From Limisalsivibrio acetivorans (GTDB lineage Bacteria; Chrysiogenota; Deferribacteres; Deferribacterales; Geovibrionaceae): DNA of 32,000 bases. The stretch is from positions 328,668-360,667 of the forward strand of contig NZ_ATWF01000001.1 of NCBI RefSeq assembly GCF_000421105.1, read 5' to 3'. Under the pieces are notes generated by a model. The model searched no databases, was not told where the DNA came from, and saw only the letters and a program-made list of their open reading frames with translations. Of the stretch, positions 22,826-31,455 are shown in pieces (positions within the stretch are counted from its first letter, which is position 1; each line of letters begins with the position of its first letter). Made by a program: the position numbers and the translations under genes.

Positions 22826-24072
22826 GGGGAGTATCCAGAGTATTTCCCGTTTACATTACGAAAAACCTTGGGGCCGCATTCCTTGCGGCCATCCTTATTT
22901 TAGTCTCGGCACCTTCTGCCCGCAGTGCAGAGGGTGACTACCTTGTGGGGCTTAACGCCTTTCGGGACGGCTTATATGAAATCTCCGAGATGAGCCTGAA
23001 CGAGTATCTTGCCGATGCATCGGAAACAGCAAAGATTAACTACAGCAAATACCTCCTTTACCGCATAAAAATAATCGGCGAAGACTACAAAGAGGCCTAT
23101 GCGTACTTTCAGCAGATCGAGGATGTGCAGGATGAGCGTTTCGACAGGGTACAGATGCTTACCGATCGTATGCGCATGCTTGTAAGGCTCGACTGTACGG
23201 GTGCGAAAACTTATCTGCAGGAGGATGCAGGGCCCCGGAGGATCGATATATATGTTGATTCCGAATGCCCGGTGGATTCGGATGTTGCAGACATTGTGGC
23301 GGATAAGGGGAGAGGAACGGATGTGCGTGTGAACGCAGCCCTGGAGATAAAGGACCACCCTGAATCGGTCAAAAAACTCTTTAACTCCTTGAATGAGAAG
23401 AAGCTTAATAAATCCCAGGCACGTTTTTTCGGACACTACTTCTACAAGAACGGAAACTTCCCCGACTTCTGGGATGTATACGAGGTTTATAAGGACAGGG
23501 ATATCCTGTCTCTGGCCTTTTCCCGGGTGTGGGATCTTAAAAAGTATAAGATCTATACAGATATATACGAGCTCCACGGCGACAAGTACAACTACGACAA
23601 AGGTGTATACTGCCGAGCTATAGAGGCATACAGAGAGCAGGACAAAAGCTTTGACTGTTCCCTTGCAGACAGGTGTATCCCCGGCGGTGGACGTGAGTTT
23701 GTAAGGCTTAAAACCGCCTGCCTTGTGAAAAACGGAGGCGAAGGTCTCACAGAATTCGTGGATGGTCTTTCGGATGAAAGGCTCATAGATATATGCGACT
23801 ACATACCGTACATGATAGATAAGAAACTCTATCCCGGCGATTTCGATGTCCTTAGCGGCTGTTCCAACAGAGAGAGCATTGCGCAGATCCTGCTGGACAG
23901 TGAGCGGTACAAAGAGCTTGAGTCTCTTATGCAGGATGCTGATGAGGACAGAGAGCGTTACTTCCTTGCCATGGCAAAGATTAAGCTTGGCAAAACCGAT
24001 GAAGCGAAGGGGATAACCGCTAAGGTTAAAGCCGAGGATATCAAGGCGTATCTGGAGAGCCAGCTTCAATGA
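22810..24072 (+). CDS. Hypothetical exported protein, helical-repeat (TPR-like) character
   Basis: A 420-aa ORF whose start overlaps the upstream stop by 16 nt. It has a signal peptide (AAFLAAILILVSAPSARSA-EG). I recognise no catalytic motif. I prefer it to the 365-codon antisense ORF because of operon context and the signal peptide. Confidence 0.55.
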   Translation: MLERLGGVSRVFPVYITKNLGAAFLAAILILVSAPSARSAEGDYLVGLNAFRDGLYEISEMSLNEYLADASETAKINYSKYLLYRIKIIGEDYKEAYAYFQQIEDVQDERFDRVQMLTDRMRMLVRLDCTGAKTYLQEDAGPRRIDIYVDSECPVDSDVADIVADKGRGTDVRVNAALEIKDHPESVKKLFNSLNEKKLNKSQARFFGHYFYKNGNFPDFWDVYEVYKDRDILSLAFSRVWDLKKYKIYTDIYELHGDKYNYDKGVYCRAIEAYREQDKSFDCSLADRCIPGGGREFVRLKTACLVKNGGEGLTEFVDGLSDERLIDICDYIPYMIDKKLYPGDFDVLSGCSNRESIAQILLDSERYKELESLMQDADEDRERYFLAMAKIKLGKTDEAKGITAKVKAEDIKAYLESQLQ

Positions 24073-24806
24073 GCAAACGGTGGAAAAGGGCGATAATAGC
24101 CCTGACTCTCGGTTTTATACTGGCCGCTGCGGGTATATACAACACCATGCAGGACAAGAGCTGGGATTACTACCGGGAGGCGAAAAAACTTTACGAGGAA
24201 GAGCGGTACTACGAAGCCCATGAAACTGTGAAGCAGGCGCTGGACGAGAACCAGTACAACCGCCGTGCACTCATACTCAAGGGTGATCTTTATGCTATCA
24301 TAACCGGTCTTGAAAATCTCAAAAACGCTAAAAAGCTCTACCAGCAGGGTATGAATCAGGCGATGCAGGGTGAGTACGATAAGGCAAAGCTCAGCCTGTC
24401 CCGTGCCTATGACCTTGCGGATAATGTGCCATCGGATTCGGTCTCCTACGAGGAGGCACTGGAGCTTATGAAGAAGATAGCCTCCGAATCGGAAACGGTT
24501 CTTAACAAGGCCCCCGAACAGCAGTTCAAGCGAGCTCAGAGACTATTTGAACAGGGTTACAGTGAGCGTGCCTTTGAGGCGCTTAACACCCTTCCCGAAC
24601 AGACCGAGCGCTCCATGCGCCTTCGGAGTGAGATAGCCTACAGGATTGGTTCAGAGAGGTATAACGAGCTCCTCGAAAGACAGAAACCGAGCGATGTTGA
24701 GCTGAACGATGCTTTGTACTGGCTGGAGCAGGTACGCCCCGGTGACCCTAACTATCAGGAGTCTCTGCGCAAGAAGGGCCGTCTGCGTGAGATGCTGTCG
24801 GAGTAA
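24069..24806 (+). CDS. Hypothetical membrane-anchored protein, TPR-like/coiled helical
   Basis: A 245-aa ORF with an ATGA start/stop overlap with the upstream gene. It has a single N-terminal TM helix (AIIALTLGFILAAAGIY) followed by a Glu/Lys/Tyr-rich helical region. Confidence 0.55.
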   Translation: MSKRWKRAIIALTLGFILAAAGIYNTMQDKSWDYYREAKKLYEEERYYEAHETVKQALDENQYNRRALILKGDLYAIITGLENLKNAKKLYQQGMNQAMQGEYDKAKLSLSRAYDLADNVPSDSVSYEEALELMKKIASESETVLNKAPEQQFKRAQRLFEQGYSERAFEALNTLPEQTERSMRLRSEIAYRIGSERYNELLERQKPSDVELNDALYWLEQVRPGDPNYQESLRKKGRLREMLSE

Positions 24807-24881
24807 CTGATTGAGTTAATCCTATCTTCGTGCTAAAAATACCCCCTGTTCCACACGGAACTGATAAAATTTCATGAATTT

Positions 24882-26300
24882 ATGGAGATAGAAAGGATGA
24901 AGGTTTACGATTTTACCGGCGTTAAGGTGCTGGTTGTCGGAGATATAATGCTGGACAGGTACTTCTTTGGAAGCGTGGGGAGGATTTCCCCCGAAGCACC
25001 TGTACCCGTGGTTAAGGTAAACAGTACCCGGGACACCCTTGGCGGTGCGGGAAACGTTGTGAGCAATATAGCCCATCTGGGGGCTGATGCCGTTGTACTT
25101 GGTTCCTGCGGCAGGGATGAGAATGCGGAGCAGGTCCGCTCCCTCCTTAGCGAGATTGGGGCGGAATGCAGTTTCATTGAGCGTGATTTCCCCACAGTGA
25201 CCAAGCTTCGTGTTGTGGGGGAGAAACAGCAGATAGTTCGGCTCGACTTCGAGGAGCCCGCTCCTCTTCAGTCTGATGATATGGAGGAGATGCGCCGGCG
25301 TGTGGATGACTCCATAGATGGGTGCGGTGCTGTGATACTCTCCGATTACGGCAAAGGTGTATGTACCGATGAGGTATGCAGATATATAATCGGCCGCTCC
25401 ATAGGCCTTGAGATACCCGTTATCATAGACCCCAAGGGGCATGACTGGACACGCTATAAGGGGGCGGATATCGTTACCCCCAATGTGAAGGAGCTCGGCG
25501 AGGTCGCCGGGAGAAACATCCCGAACGAGGACGATGAGATAATCGAATGCGCCCGTGAGGTTATCGAACGTTTCGGTGTTAAATCCATTATAGTAACCCG
25601 ATCCCAGAAGGGGATGAGTATTATCACCGAGGAGAGCGTTGTTCATATACCCACCGTTGCCAAGGAGGTCTACGATGTCTCCGGTGCGGGGGATACGGTG
25701 GTTGCCACATTGGCCGCTTCCCTTTCCAGAGGTGCAAGCCTCGAGGAAGCTGCGATCACAGCCAATAAGGCGGCGGGTATCGTTGTTAGCAAGATGGGCA
25801 CCGTCCCCGTTAAGATCGACGAACTGAACAGTCTTAACACAAGGCGTTCATATATGACCCTTGATGAATTCATGGACGAGCTGGAAGGGCTTCGTGGCAG
25901 GGGGAAGAAGGTTGTCTTCACCAATGGATGCTTCGATATCCTCCATAAAGGTCACGTGACCTATCTCAAGCAGGCCAAGGAACTGGGGGATGTGCTTGTT
26001 CTCGGGCTTAACTCCGATGAATCGGTGAGAAGGCTCAAGGGTGAATCGAGACCTGTTAACAGCGAAGAGGACAGGGCGGAGGTTCTGAGCGCTCTGGAAT
26101 CGGTGGACTACGTTGTACCCTTCGGTGAGGATACCCCTGCGGAGATGCTCTCCCGTATTAAGCCCGATTTCCTTGTGAAAGGGGGGGACTACACCCCAGA
26201 AACTGTTGTGGGGCGTGAGTATGCCGCAAAGACGGTAATAATCGACTTTGTGGACGGCTATTCCACGACTAAAATAATCGATAAGAGTAAAGGAGAATAG
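24882..26300 (+). CDS. hldE: Bifunctional D-beta-D-heptose 7-phosphate kinase / D-beta-D-heptose 1-phosphate adenylyltransferase
   Basis: A 472-aa ORF. It has an N-terminal ribokinase-like domain (VLVVGDIMLDRY, DVSGAGDTVVA) and a C-terminal cytidylyltransferase domain (FTNGCFDILHKGHVTYL). The start may be ATG 24897 (MKVYDF). Confidence 0.9.
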   Translation: MEIERMKVYDFTGVKVLVVGDIMLDRYFFGSVGRISPEAPVPVVKVNSTRDTLGGAGNVVSNIAHLGADAVVLGSCGRDENAEQVRSLLSEIGAECSFIERDFPTVTKLRVVGEKQQIVRLDFEEPAPLQSDDMEEMRRRVDDSIDGCGAVILSDYGKGVCTDEVCRYIIGRSIGLEIPVIIDPKGHDWTRYKGADIVTPNVKELGEVAGRNIPNEDDEIIECAREVIERFGVKSIIVTRSQKGMSIITEESVVHIPTVAKEVYDVSGAGDTVVATLAASLSRGASLEEAAITANKAAGIVVSKMGTVPVKIDELNSLNTRRSYMTLDEFMDELEGLRGRGKKVVFTNGCFDILHKGHVTYLKQAKELGDVLVLGLNSDESVRRLKGESRPVNSEEDRAEVLSALESVDYVVPFGEDTPAEMLSRIKPDFLVKGGDYTPETVVGREYAAKTVIIDFVDGYSTTKIIDKSKGE

Positions 26301-26301
26301 A

Positions 26302-27240
26302 ATGTATATAGTAACAGGCGGAGCCGGATTCATCGGCAGCAATATTGTGAAAGGGCTGAACGACAGGGGGATAGACGATATCCTCATAGTCGATAACCTT
26401 TCAAACTCTCAGAAGCACCTGAACCTTAACAGGCTTAAATACAGAGATTATGTTGATAAGAAAGATTTTTTCGAATTCCTAGGCTATATCGAGGAGGATA
26501 TCGATGTTATCTTCCATCAGGGAGCCTGCTCCAACACCATGGAGACGGACGGCCGCTACATGATGGAGAACAACTACGAGTTCAGCCGTGAACTCCTCCT
26601 CTTCGCCCTTGAGAAGAAGATCCGCTTCATCTATGCATCCTCCGCCTCAATTTACGGCAACGGGGACGACGGCTTTGTTGAAGCGGAGGAGTGCGAGTAT
26701 CCTCTGAATATCTATGCCTTCTCCAAGTTCAGCTTCGACAACTATATAAGAGGGCTCGGCAAGCTTAATTCCCAGGTTGTGGGGCTTCGCTATTTCAACG
26801 TATACGGTCCCCAGGAGAATCATAAGGGGAGTATGGCTTCCGTTGCATATCACTTCTTCAACCAGATGAAGGAGGACAACAAGGTCAAGCTCTTTGAGGG
26901 GAGCAAGGATTTCCGGCGGGACTTCATTCACGTTCAGGATGTTGTGGATGTTAATATGTTCTTCTTCGAAAACCCCAAGCTCTCAGGCATCTTCAACTGC
27001 GGAACTGGAAAGGCAAGAAGCTTCTTCGACATTGCAGAGGCTATGAAGGAGAGCTATCCGGATGTTGAGGTTGAGTTTGTTCCCTTCCCCGAGAAGCTTA
27101 AAGGGAAGTATCAGGCATATACCCAGGCGGATCTCTCAAAGCTTCGTGAGATTGGCTATGAGGGGGATTTCCGAACCCTTGAAGAGGGTGTTGGAGAGTA
27201 TTTGATGGTGCTGGAGAATACCGGCGGATATATAAAGTAA
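26302..27240 (+). CDS. hldD: ADP-L-glycero-D-manno-heptose 6-epimerase
   Basis: A 312-aa ORF with the Rossmann motif VTGGAGFIGSN, then YASSASIYG, YAFSK and RYFNVYGP. Confidence 0.92.
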   Translation: MYIVTGGAGFIGSNIVKGLNDRGIDDILIVDNLSNSQKHLNLNRLKYRDYVDKKDFFEFLGYIEEDIDVIFHQGACSNTMETDGRYMMENNYEFSRELLLFALEKKIRFIYASSASIYGNGDDGFVEAEECEYPLNIYAFSKFSFDNYIRGLGKLNSQVVGLRYFNVYGPQENHKGSMASVAYHFFNQMKEDNKVKLFEGSKDFRRDFIHVQDVVDVNMFFFENPKLSGIFNCGTGKARSFFDIAEAMKESYPDVEVEFVPFPEKLKGKYQAYTQADLSKLREIGYEGDFRTLEEGVGEYLMVLENTGGYIK

Positions 27241-27241
27241 T

Positions 27242-28282
27242 ATGGGCAGAACAGGGGGGCTAATACGCTTTCTGGACAGGTATGTGCTGCCCCCTTTCCT
27301 GTTCTCACTTTCCGTCTTCAGGATAAAACGCCCAATCCCCCGGAGCCTCAGGCGTGTTCTTTTCATAAAGAGCGCAGCCATAGGTGATACTGTGTTGATC
27401 TCTGCAGTGGTGGAGGATTTTCGCCGAAGCTTCCCCGGATGCAGCATTGTATTTGTCACAGGGCACGATAACGCACCTTTGGCAGGGATGATAGACGGGG
27501 TAGACAGGGTTGTGCCAGTTAACCACAAGGACCCCGTTGGGGCATTTCGTACCGTGAGGGGGCTGGGGGAGTTTGATCTGGCCATTGATTTCGGTTCATG
27601 GCCACGCTTCGATGCACTTCTAACGCTCTCATCAAAGGGGAAATGCCGTATCGGCTTCCGTACGCCCTCCCAGTACAGGCACTACTGCTACGATATAACC
27701 GTTCCACACTCCGGAACGCTCCATGAGCTTGATAATTACCGATGCCTCATAAAACAGGTGGGTGTCACCACAGGAGCAGAACCGTCCATAGGGCTTGATA
27801 AAGAGCCTGAAAAGGGGGATGTTGTTGTCTTCCACCCATTTTCCGGTGGAAGGCTTGCGGCGAAGAAGGAATGGCGGGATGATAACTGGGTAAAGCTGGC
27901 TTCCATGCTCGGAAATTGCGATATAGTCATCACAGGAGCAGCCAAGGATGCCCGAAGGGCGGAGGAGCTGGCGAAGCTGTGCGGAGGTAGGGCGTTCACG
28001 GGTAATAGCCTTGAGGATACGGCACGGCTTCTTGTCTGCTCTAAGCTTGTAATCAGTGTTAATACGGGTATAATGCATCTTGCGGCGGCTCTTGGTTGCC
28101 GTGTTGTGGATATATGCGGACCCGTCCGTCCGGACAGGTGGGGTGGATGCGGTAACGTAATATCACTGGCATCGGGCAAGCCTGTCATAAGCCTCGGTTT
28201 CGAGGATGTTAAGGGTTTTCCCATGGAAGAGATTACGCCGGAGCGTGTTTACGAGGCGATAAAAAGGTTGAGTGATGGCTAG
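27242..28282 (+). CDS. Glycosyltransferase family 9 (heptosyltransferase-like)
   Basis: A 346-aa ORF. The N-terminal VLFIKSAAIGDTVL matches the GT9 pattern (I-x-x-x-A-I-GD). The C-terminal region reads NTGIMHLAAALGCRVV. Confidence 0.8.
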   Translation: MGRTGGLIRFLDRYVLPPFLFSLSVFRIKRPIPRSLRRVLFIKSAAIGDTVLISAVVEDFRRSFPGCSIVFVTGHDNAPLAGMIDGVDRVVPVNHKDPVGAFRTVRGLGEFDLAIDFGSWPRFDALLTLSSKGKCRIGFRTPSQYRHYCYDITVPHSGTLHELDNYRCLIKQVGVTTGAEPSIGLDKEPEKGDVVVFHPFSGGRLAAKKEWRDDNWVKLASMLGNCDIVITGAAKDARRAEELAKLCGGRAFTGNSLEDTARLLVCSKLVISVNTGIMHLAAALGCRVVDICGPVRPDRWGGCGNVISLASGKPVISLGFEDVKGFPMEEITPERVYEAIKRLSDG

Positions 28283-29696
28283 GCGCAGTTTCTTTATCTT
28301 TCTTATTATCATAGATTTGCTTGCCTTTTATACTTCCCTTGAGGCGGCGGTGCTTTCAAGAACCGCAGTGGATGTTCTTTTCCCCGGGGTCATAGATTTC
28401 GAGTTCTCATTTGCCTACTTTGCAGGTCTCTGGTGGATCCCTCTCATACTCCTTGGAACCATCTCCTACAAAGGGCTCTACGGTGGCAGACAGCCCGCCA
28501 TGGAGGAGGCAAAGAACATTATGGGCGCTGTAACCTTCAGTCTGCTCATAGTCTTTGCCCTCGTATCCATCGGTCGCATGACCGATATGGTATCACGTCT
28601 TACGCTTTTCTTTCTCTGGTTCTATTCCATGCTTATCTTCCCCCTTCTCCGCATAGCAGGCAAAAGGGTTCTTTTTGCTCTAGGGGTGGGTACGGATAAA
28701 ATCCTTGTTGCCGGATGCGGTGCAGATTCCGCCTCTGCCGCTGAGGCGATTCTGGCGGAGAGGAACTACGGGTATGAGATATACGGCTTCTACGGGAAGC
28801 TTGAATGCGGCTCAAAGACTTTGCGGGCGGCGGGGCATGAATACCCAGTATACACCGGCGGAATCGATTCACTCCTCGAGGCTGTTAATACAGTGGTTTT
28901 CGTGGAGAGCGAGTTTACCCAGGATGAGATAACCGAGCTTACCACAAAGGTGCGCAGGCGGATAAAGGGTATTGTAACCGTTCCCGATGCAGGACGCGGG
29001 ATAATGATGAACAGTGAGTTTCATTACCTCTTTCGCCACAGGACATTCTTGCTTAAGGCGAAAAACAACCTCGCCTCACGCTTCAATAAATACGCCAAGA
29101 GAGCCTTCGACATAGCCTTCACCCTAGCAGTTCTCCCCTTTGTTGGGCTTATCATGCTTGTTGCGGGGATACTCATAAAGCTGGATTCGAGGGGGAACAT
29201 CTTCTACAGCCACGAGCGGGTGGGGGAGAACGGAAAGAGGATTCGTGTACTCAAGATGCGTTCCATGTATACCGATTCCGCCGAAAGGCTTGAGCATATC
29301 CTTAAGAACGATCCAGTGAGGGCAGAGGAGTGGAGACGGAGCCGCAAATTTAAGAATGACCCCCGCATAACCAAAGTGGGGCGAATCCTGCGCAAAACAT
29401 CCATTGACGAAATGCCCCAGTTTATCAATGTTCTAAAGGGTGATATGAGCGTCGTGGGTCCCAGACCCATAGTGGAAAGCGAGATAGAGGAGCACTACGG
29501 TAAAGACGGCGAATACTACCGCATGGTTAAGCCCGGTATAACAGGGCTGTGGCAGGTAAGCGGCAGGAGTGATACTGCATACGATGATCGTGTCCGCCTG
29601 GACAGCTGGTACGTTATAAACTGGAGCATATGGCTCGATATACTGATAATTATGAAGACCCTCGGGGTTGTGATAAAGAAAGAAGGAGCATACTGA
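28272..29696 (+). CDS. Polyprenyl-phosphate glycosyl-1-phosphate transferase (WbaP / exopolysaccharide-type bacterial sugar transferase)
   Basis: A 474-aa ORF with N-terminal TM helices and a C-terminal sugar-transferase domain (KRAFDIAFTL, LKMRSM, DPRITKVGRILRKTSIDEMPQFINVLKGDMSVVGPRP). It overlaps the GT9 gene by 11 nt. Confidence 0.85.
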   Translation: MMARRSFFIFLIIIDLLAFYTSLEAAVLSRTAVDVLFPGVIDFEFSFAYFAGLWWIPLILLGTISYKGLYGGRQPAMEEAKNIMGAVTFSLLIVFALVSIGRMTDMVSRLTLFFLWFYSMLIFPLLRIAGKRVLFALGVGTDKILVAGCGADSASAAEAILAERNYGYEIYGFYGKLECGSKTLRAAGHEYPVYTGGIDSLLEAVNTVVFVESEFTQDEITELTTKVRRRIKGIVTVPDAGRGIMMNSEFHYLFRHRTFLLKAKNNLASRFNKYAKRAFDIAFTLAVLPFVGLIMLVAGILIKLDSRGNIFYSHERVGENGKRIRVLKMRSMYTDSAERLEHILKNDPVRAEEWRRSRKFKNDPRITKVGRILRKTSIDEMPQFINVLKGDMSVVGPRPIVESEIEEHYGKDGEYYRMVKPGITGLWQVSGRSDTAYDDRVRLDSWYVINWSIWLDILIIMKTLGVVIKKEGAY

Positions 29697-29700
29697 GAAA

Positions 29701-31011
29701 TTGAGCAGGAGTTTTTATATAAGCACCTACGGGTGCCAGATGAACGAGTACGATTCGGAAAGGATAGGCGCATTCTTCACCGCCATGGGCTTTTCACAGG
29801 CAGATTCCCCCGAGGATGCGGACTACTGCCTTATAAATACATGCAGCGTAAGAGAAAAACCCCAGCACAAAGTCGGAAGTGAACTCGGGCGGCTTAAGCA
29901 GCTTAGAGGGAAAAATCCAGAGCTTAAGATAGGCGTGTGTGGATGTGTTGCCCAGCAGGAGGGGGAGAACCTTATCAAATCCTTCCCCCAGACAGACTTC
30001 GTCCTTGGAACCGATGCCGTGGGAAGGCTTCAGGAGGCTGTAAGCCTTGTGGAGAAGGGGGAGAAGGTCTGCTTCACCGAGATGGATTCCGGCGAGCTCA
30101 CTTTGCCCGGTTTTGAGAGGGAAACAGGCCCGAGCGCCTTCGTTACGATCATGAAAGGGTGTGATAACTTCTGCTCCTATTGCATCGTCCCCTATGTACG
30201 TGGGCGTGAGAAGAGCAGGGATGTCTCCGAGATACTGGATGAGATAAGCTATCTTACAGATAAAGGTGCCCGGGAGATAACTCTTCTTGGACAAAATGTG
30301 AACTCATACGGAAAAAACCTTGAAGAAAAAATAGATTTTCCACAACTTCTAACTAAGGTGAGTGAGATTGAGGGTGTGAAGAGGTTACGCTTTGTGACAT
30401 CCCATCCAAAGGATTTCTCACATGAACTTGTTGAGGCTGTTAAAGATATTGACGTGGTTTGTGAAAGCCTCCATCTCCCGCTCCAGGCGGGTTCCGATTC
30501 TGTACTGAAGAGGATGAACCGGAAGTACACCTACGGGGAATATCGTGATAAGGTTTTGGCAGCAAAAGAACAGATCCCGGGGCTTGCTCTTTCCTCAGAC
30601 TTTATTGTAGGATTTCCCGGAGAGACCGATGAGGATTTCCGCCGAACCATTGATTCGCTGGAGGAGATACGCTACGATACCCTTTTCGCCTTCAACTACT
30701 CCGTTCGACCCGGAACCGGTGCGGAGCGTTTTGAGGATGATGTGCCCCTCTCCGTTAAGAAGATGCGTCTGGCCGAGCTTCTGGATGTGCAGAGGCGTAT
30801 CTCTATGGAGAATTCCACCCGTTTCGAGGGGGAGAGCGTTGAGGTTATGGTAGAAGGGGCGAGTAAGCGTGATGCAAAACATTTCACTGGAAGGAACAGG
30901 CAGAATAGGGTAGTTAACTTTAAATCTGACAGGGATCTCAAGCCGGGGGACTTCGTTATGGTCTATATAGACGAGGCAAAGCCGAACAGTCTCCACGGAA
31001 GGGTAAGATAA
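29701..31011 (+). CDS. miaB: tRNA-2-methylthio-N6-dimethylallyladenosine synthase
   Basis: A 436-aa ORF with a TTG start. It carries YISTYGCQMNEYDSE (UPF0004 domain), the radical-SAM CDNFCSYCIVPYVRGRE motif, and a C-terminal TRAM domain. Confidence 0.92.
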   Translation: MSRSFYISTYGCQMNEYDSERIGAFFTAMGFSQADSPEDADYCLINTCSVREKPQHKVGSELGRLKQLRGKNPELKIGVCGCVAQQEGENLIKSFPQTDFVLGTDAVGRLQEAVSLVEKGEKVCFTEMDSGELTLPGFERETGPSAFVTIMKGCDNFCSYCIVPYVRGREKSRDVSEILDEISYLTDKGAREITLLGQNVNSYGKNLEEKIDFPQLLTKVSEIEGVKRLRFVTSHPKDFSHELVEAVKDIDVVCESLHLPLQAGSDSVLKRMNRKYTYGEYRDKVLAAKEQIPGLALSSDFIVGFPGETDEDFRRTIDSLEEIRYDTLFAFNYSVRPGTGAERFEDDVPLSVKKMRLAELLDVQRRISMENSTRFEGESVEVMVEGASKRDAKHFTGRNRQNRVVNFKSDRDLKPGDFVMVYIDEAKPNSLHGRVR

Positions 31012-31029
31012 CTTAAGAGGATTGGAATT

Positions 31030-31455
31030 ATGCAGGAAGTGACGATCAAACAGGTGCTGAAGGAGCCTATTACCCAGCGGTATATGGTACTGCTGGAGTC
31101 CTTGGATTCATTAACCGTTCTCCCTATCCCCGTCGGAAGCGACGGCGCAAGAATGATTCATAAACGGCTCTGCGGTGAAAATACCGATGAGAGAAACCTG
31201 ATAAACTCCATCGGTTTCCTTTTGAAGGGGCTGGATGATGTGAACGTGGACAGGGTTGTCATTGAGGATTACGTTGACGGAGTTTTCACAGCCAAGCTCT
31301 ACCTTAACGTTGAGGGTGTTGAGAAGGATATAGACTGTCGCCCCTCCGATGCAATCCGTTTTTCACTCAAAATGGATGTACCCCTTTACGTAAGTGAAAG
31401 AATAGTTACCGGAAAGACAGGGAGCCGAAAGCTCTGTTTCCAAAAGGAGTGCTAG
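31030..31455 (+). CDS. Bifunctional nuclease (BFN/DUF151) domain protein
   Basis: A 141-aa ORF. LPIPVGSDGARMI, VIEDYVDGVFTAKLYL and DIDCRPSDAIRFSLKMDVPLYV match the BFN-domain pattern (IDxRPSDAI). Confidence 0.8.
   Translation: MQEVTIKQVLKEPITQRYMVLLESLDSLTVLPIPVGSDGARMIHKRLCGENTDERNLINSIGFLLKGLDDVNVDRVVIEDYVDGVFTAKLYLNVEGVEKDIDCRPSDAIRFSLKMDVPLYVSERIVTGKTGSRKLCFQKEC

Noticed and set aside
22972-24069. A 365-codon ORF on the minus strand, nearly as long as the plus-strand gene it overlaps.
   Set aside because: It lies fully antisense to the 22810-24072 ORF, which has a signal peptide, operon-consistent orientation and start/stop coupling with both neighbours. The antisense translation is low-complexity (Ile/Leu/Val/Phe/Lys-rich) with no motifs. 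It is probably a shadow frame. Similar long shadow ORFs lie at 20672-21631, 24822-25646, 1112-1777 and 10075-10608, opposite clearly identifiable genes.
24845-24875. A small hairpin GTTCC-ACAC-GGAAC upstream of hldE, considered as a terminator or regulatory element.
   Set aside because: The stem is only 5 bp with no adjacent U-tract. This is too weak to call.
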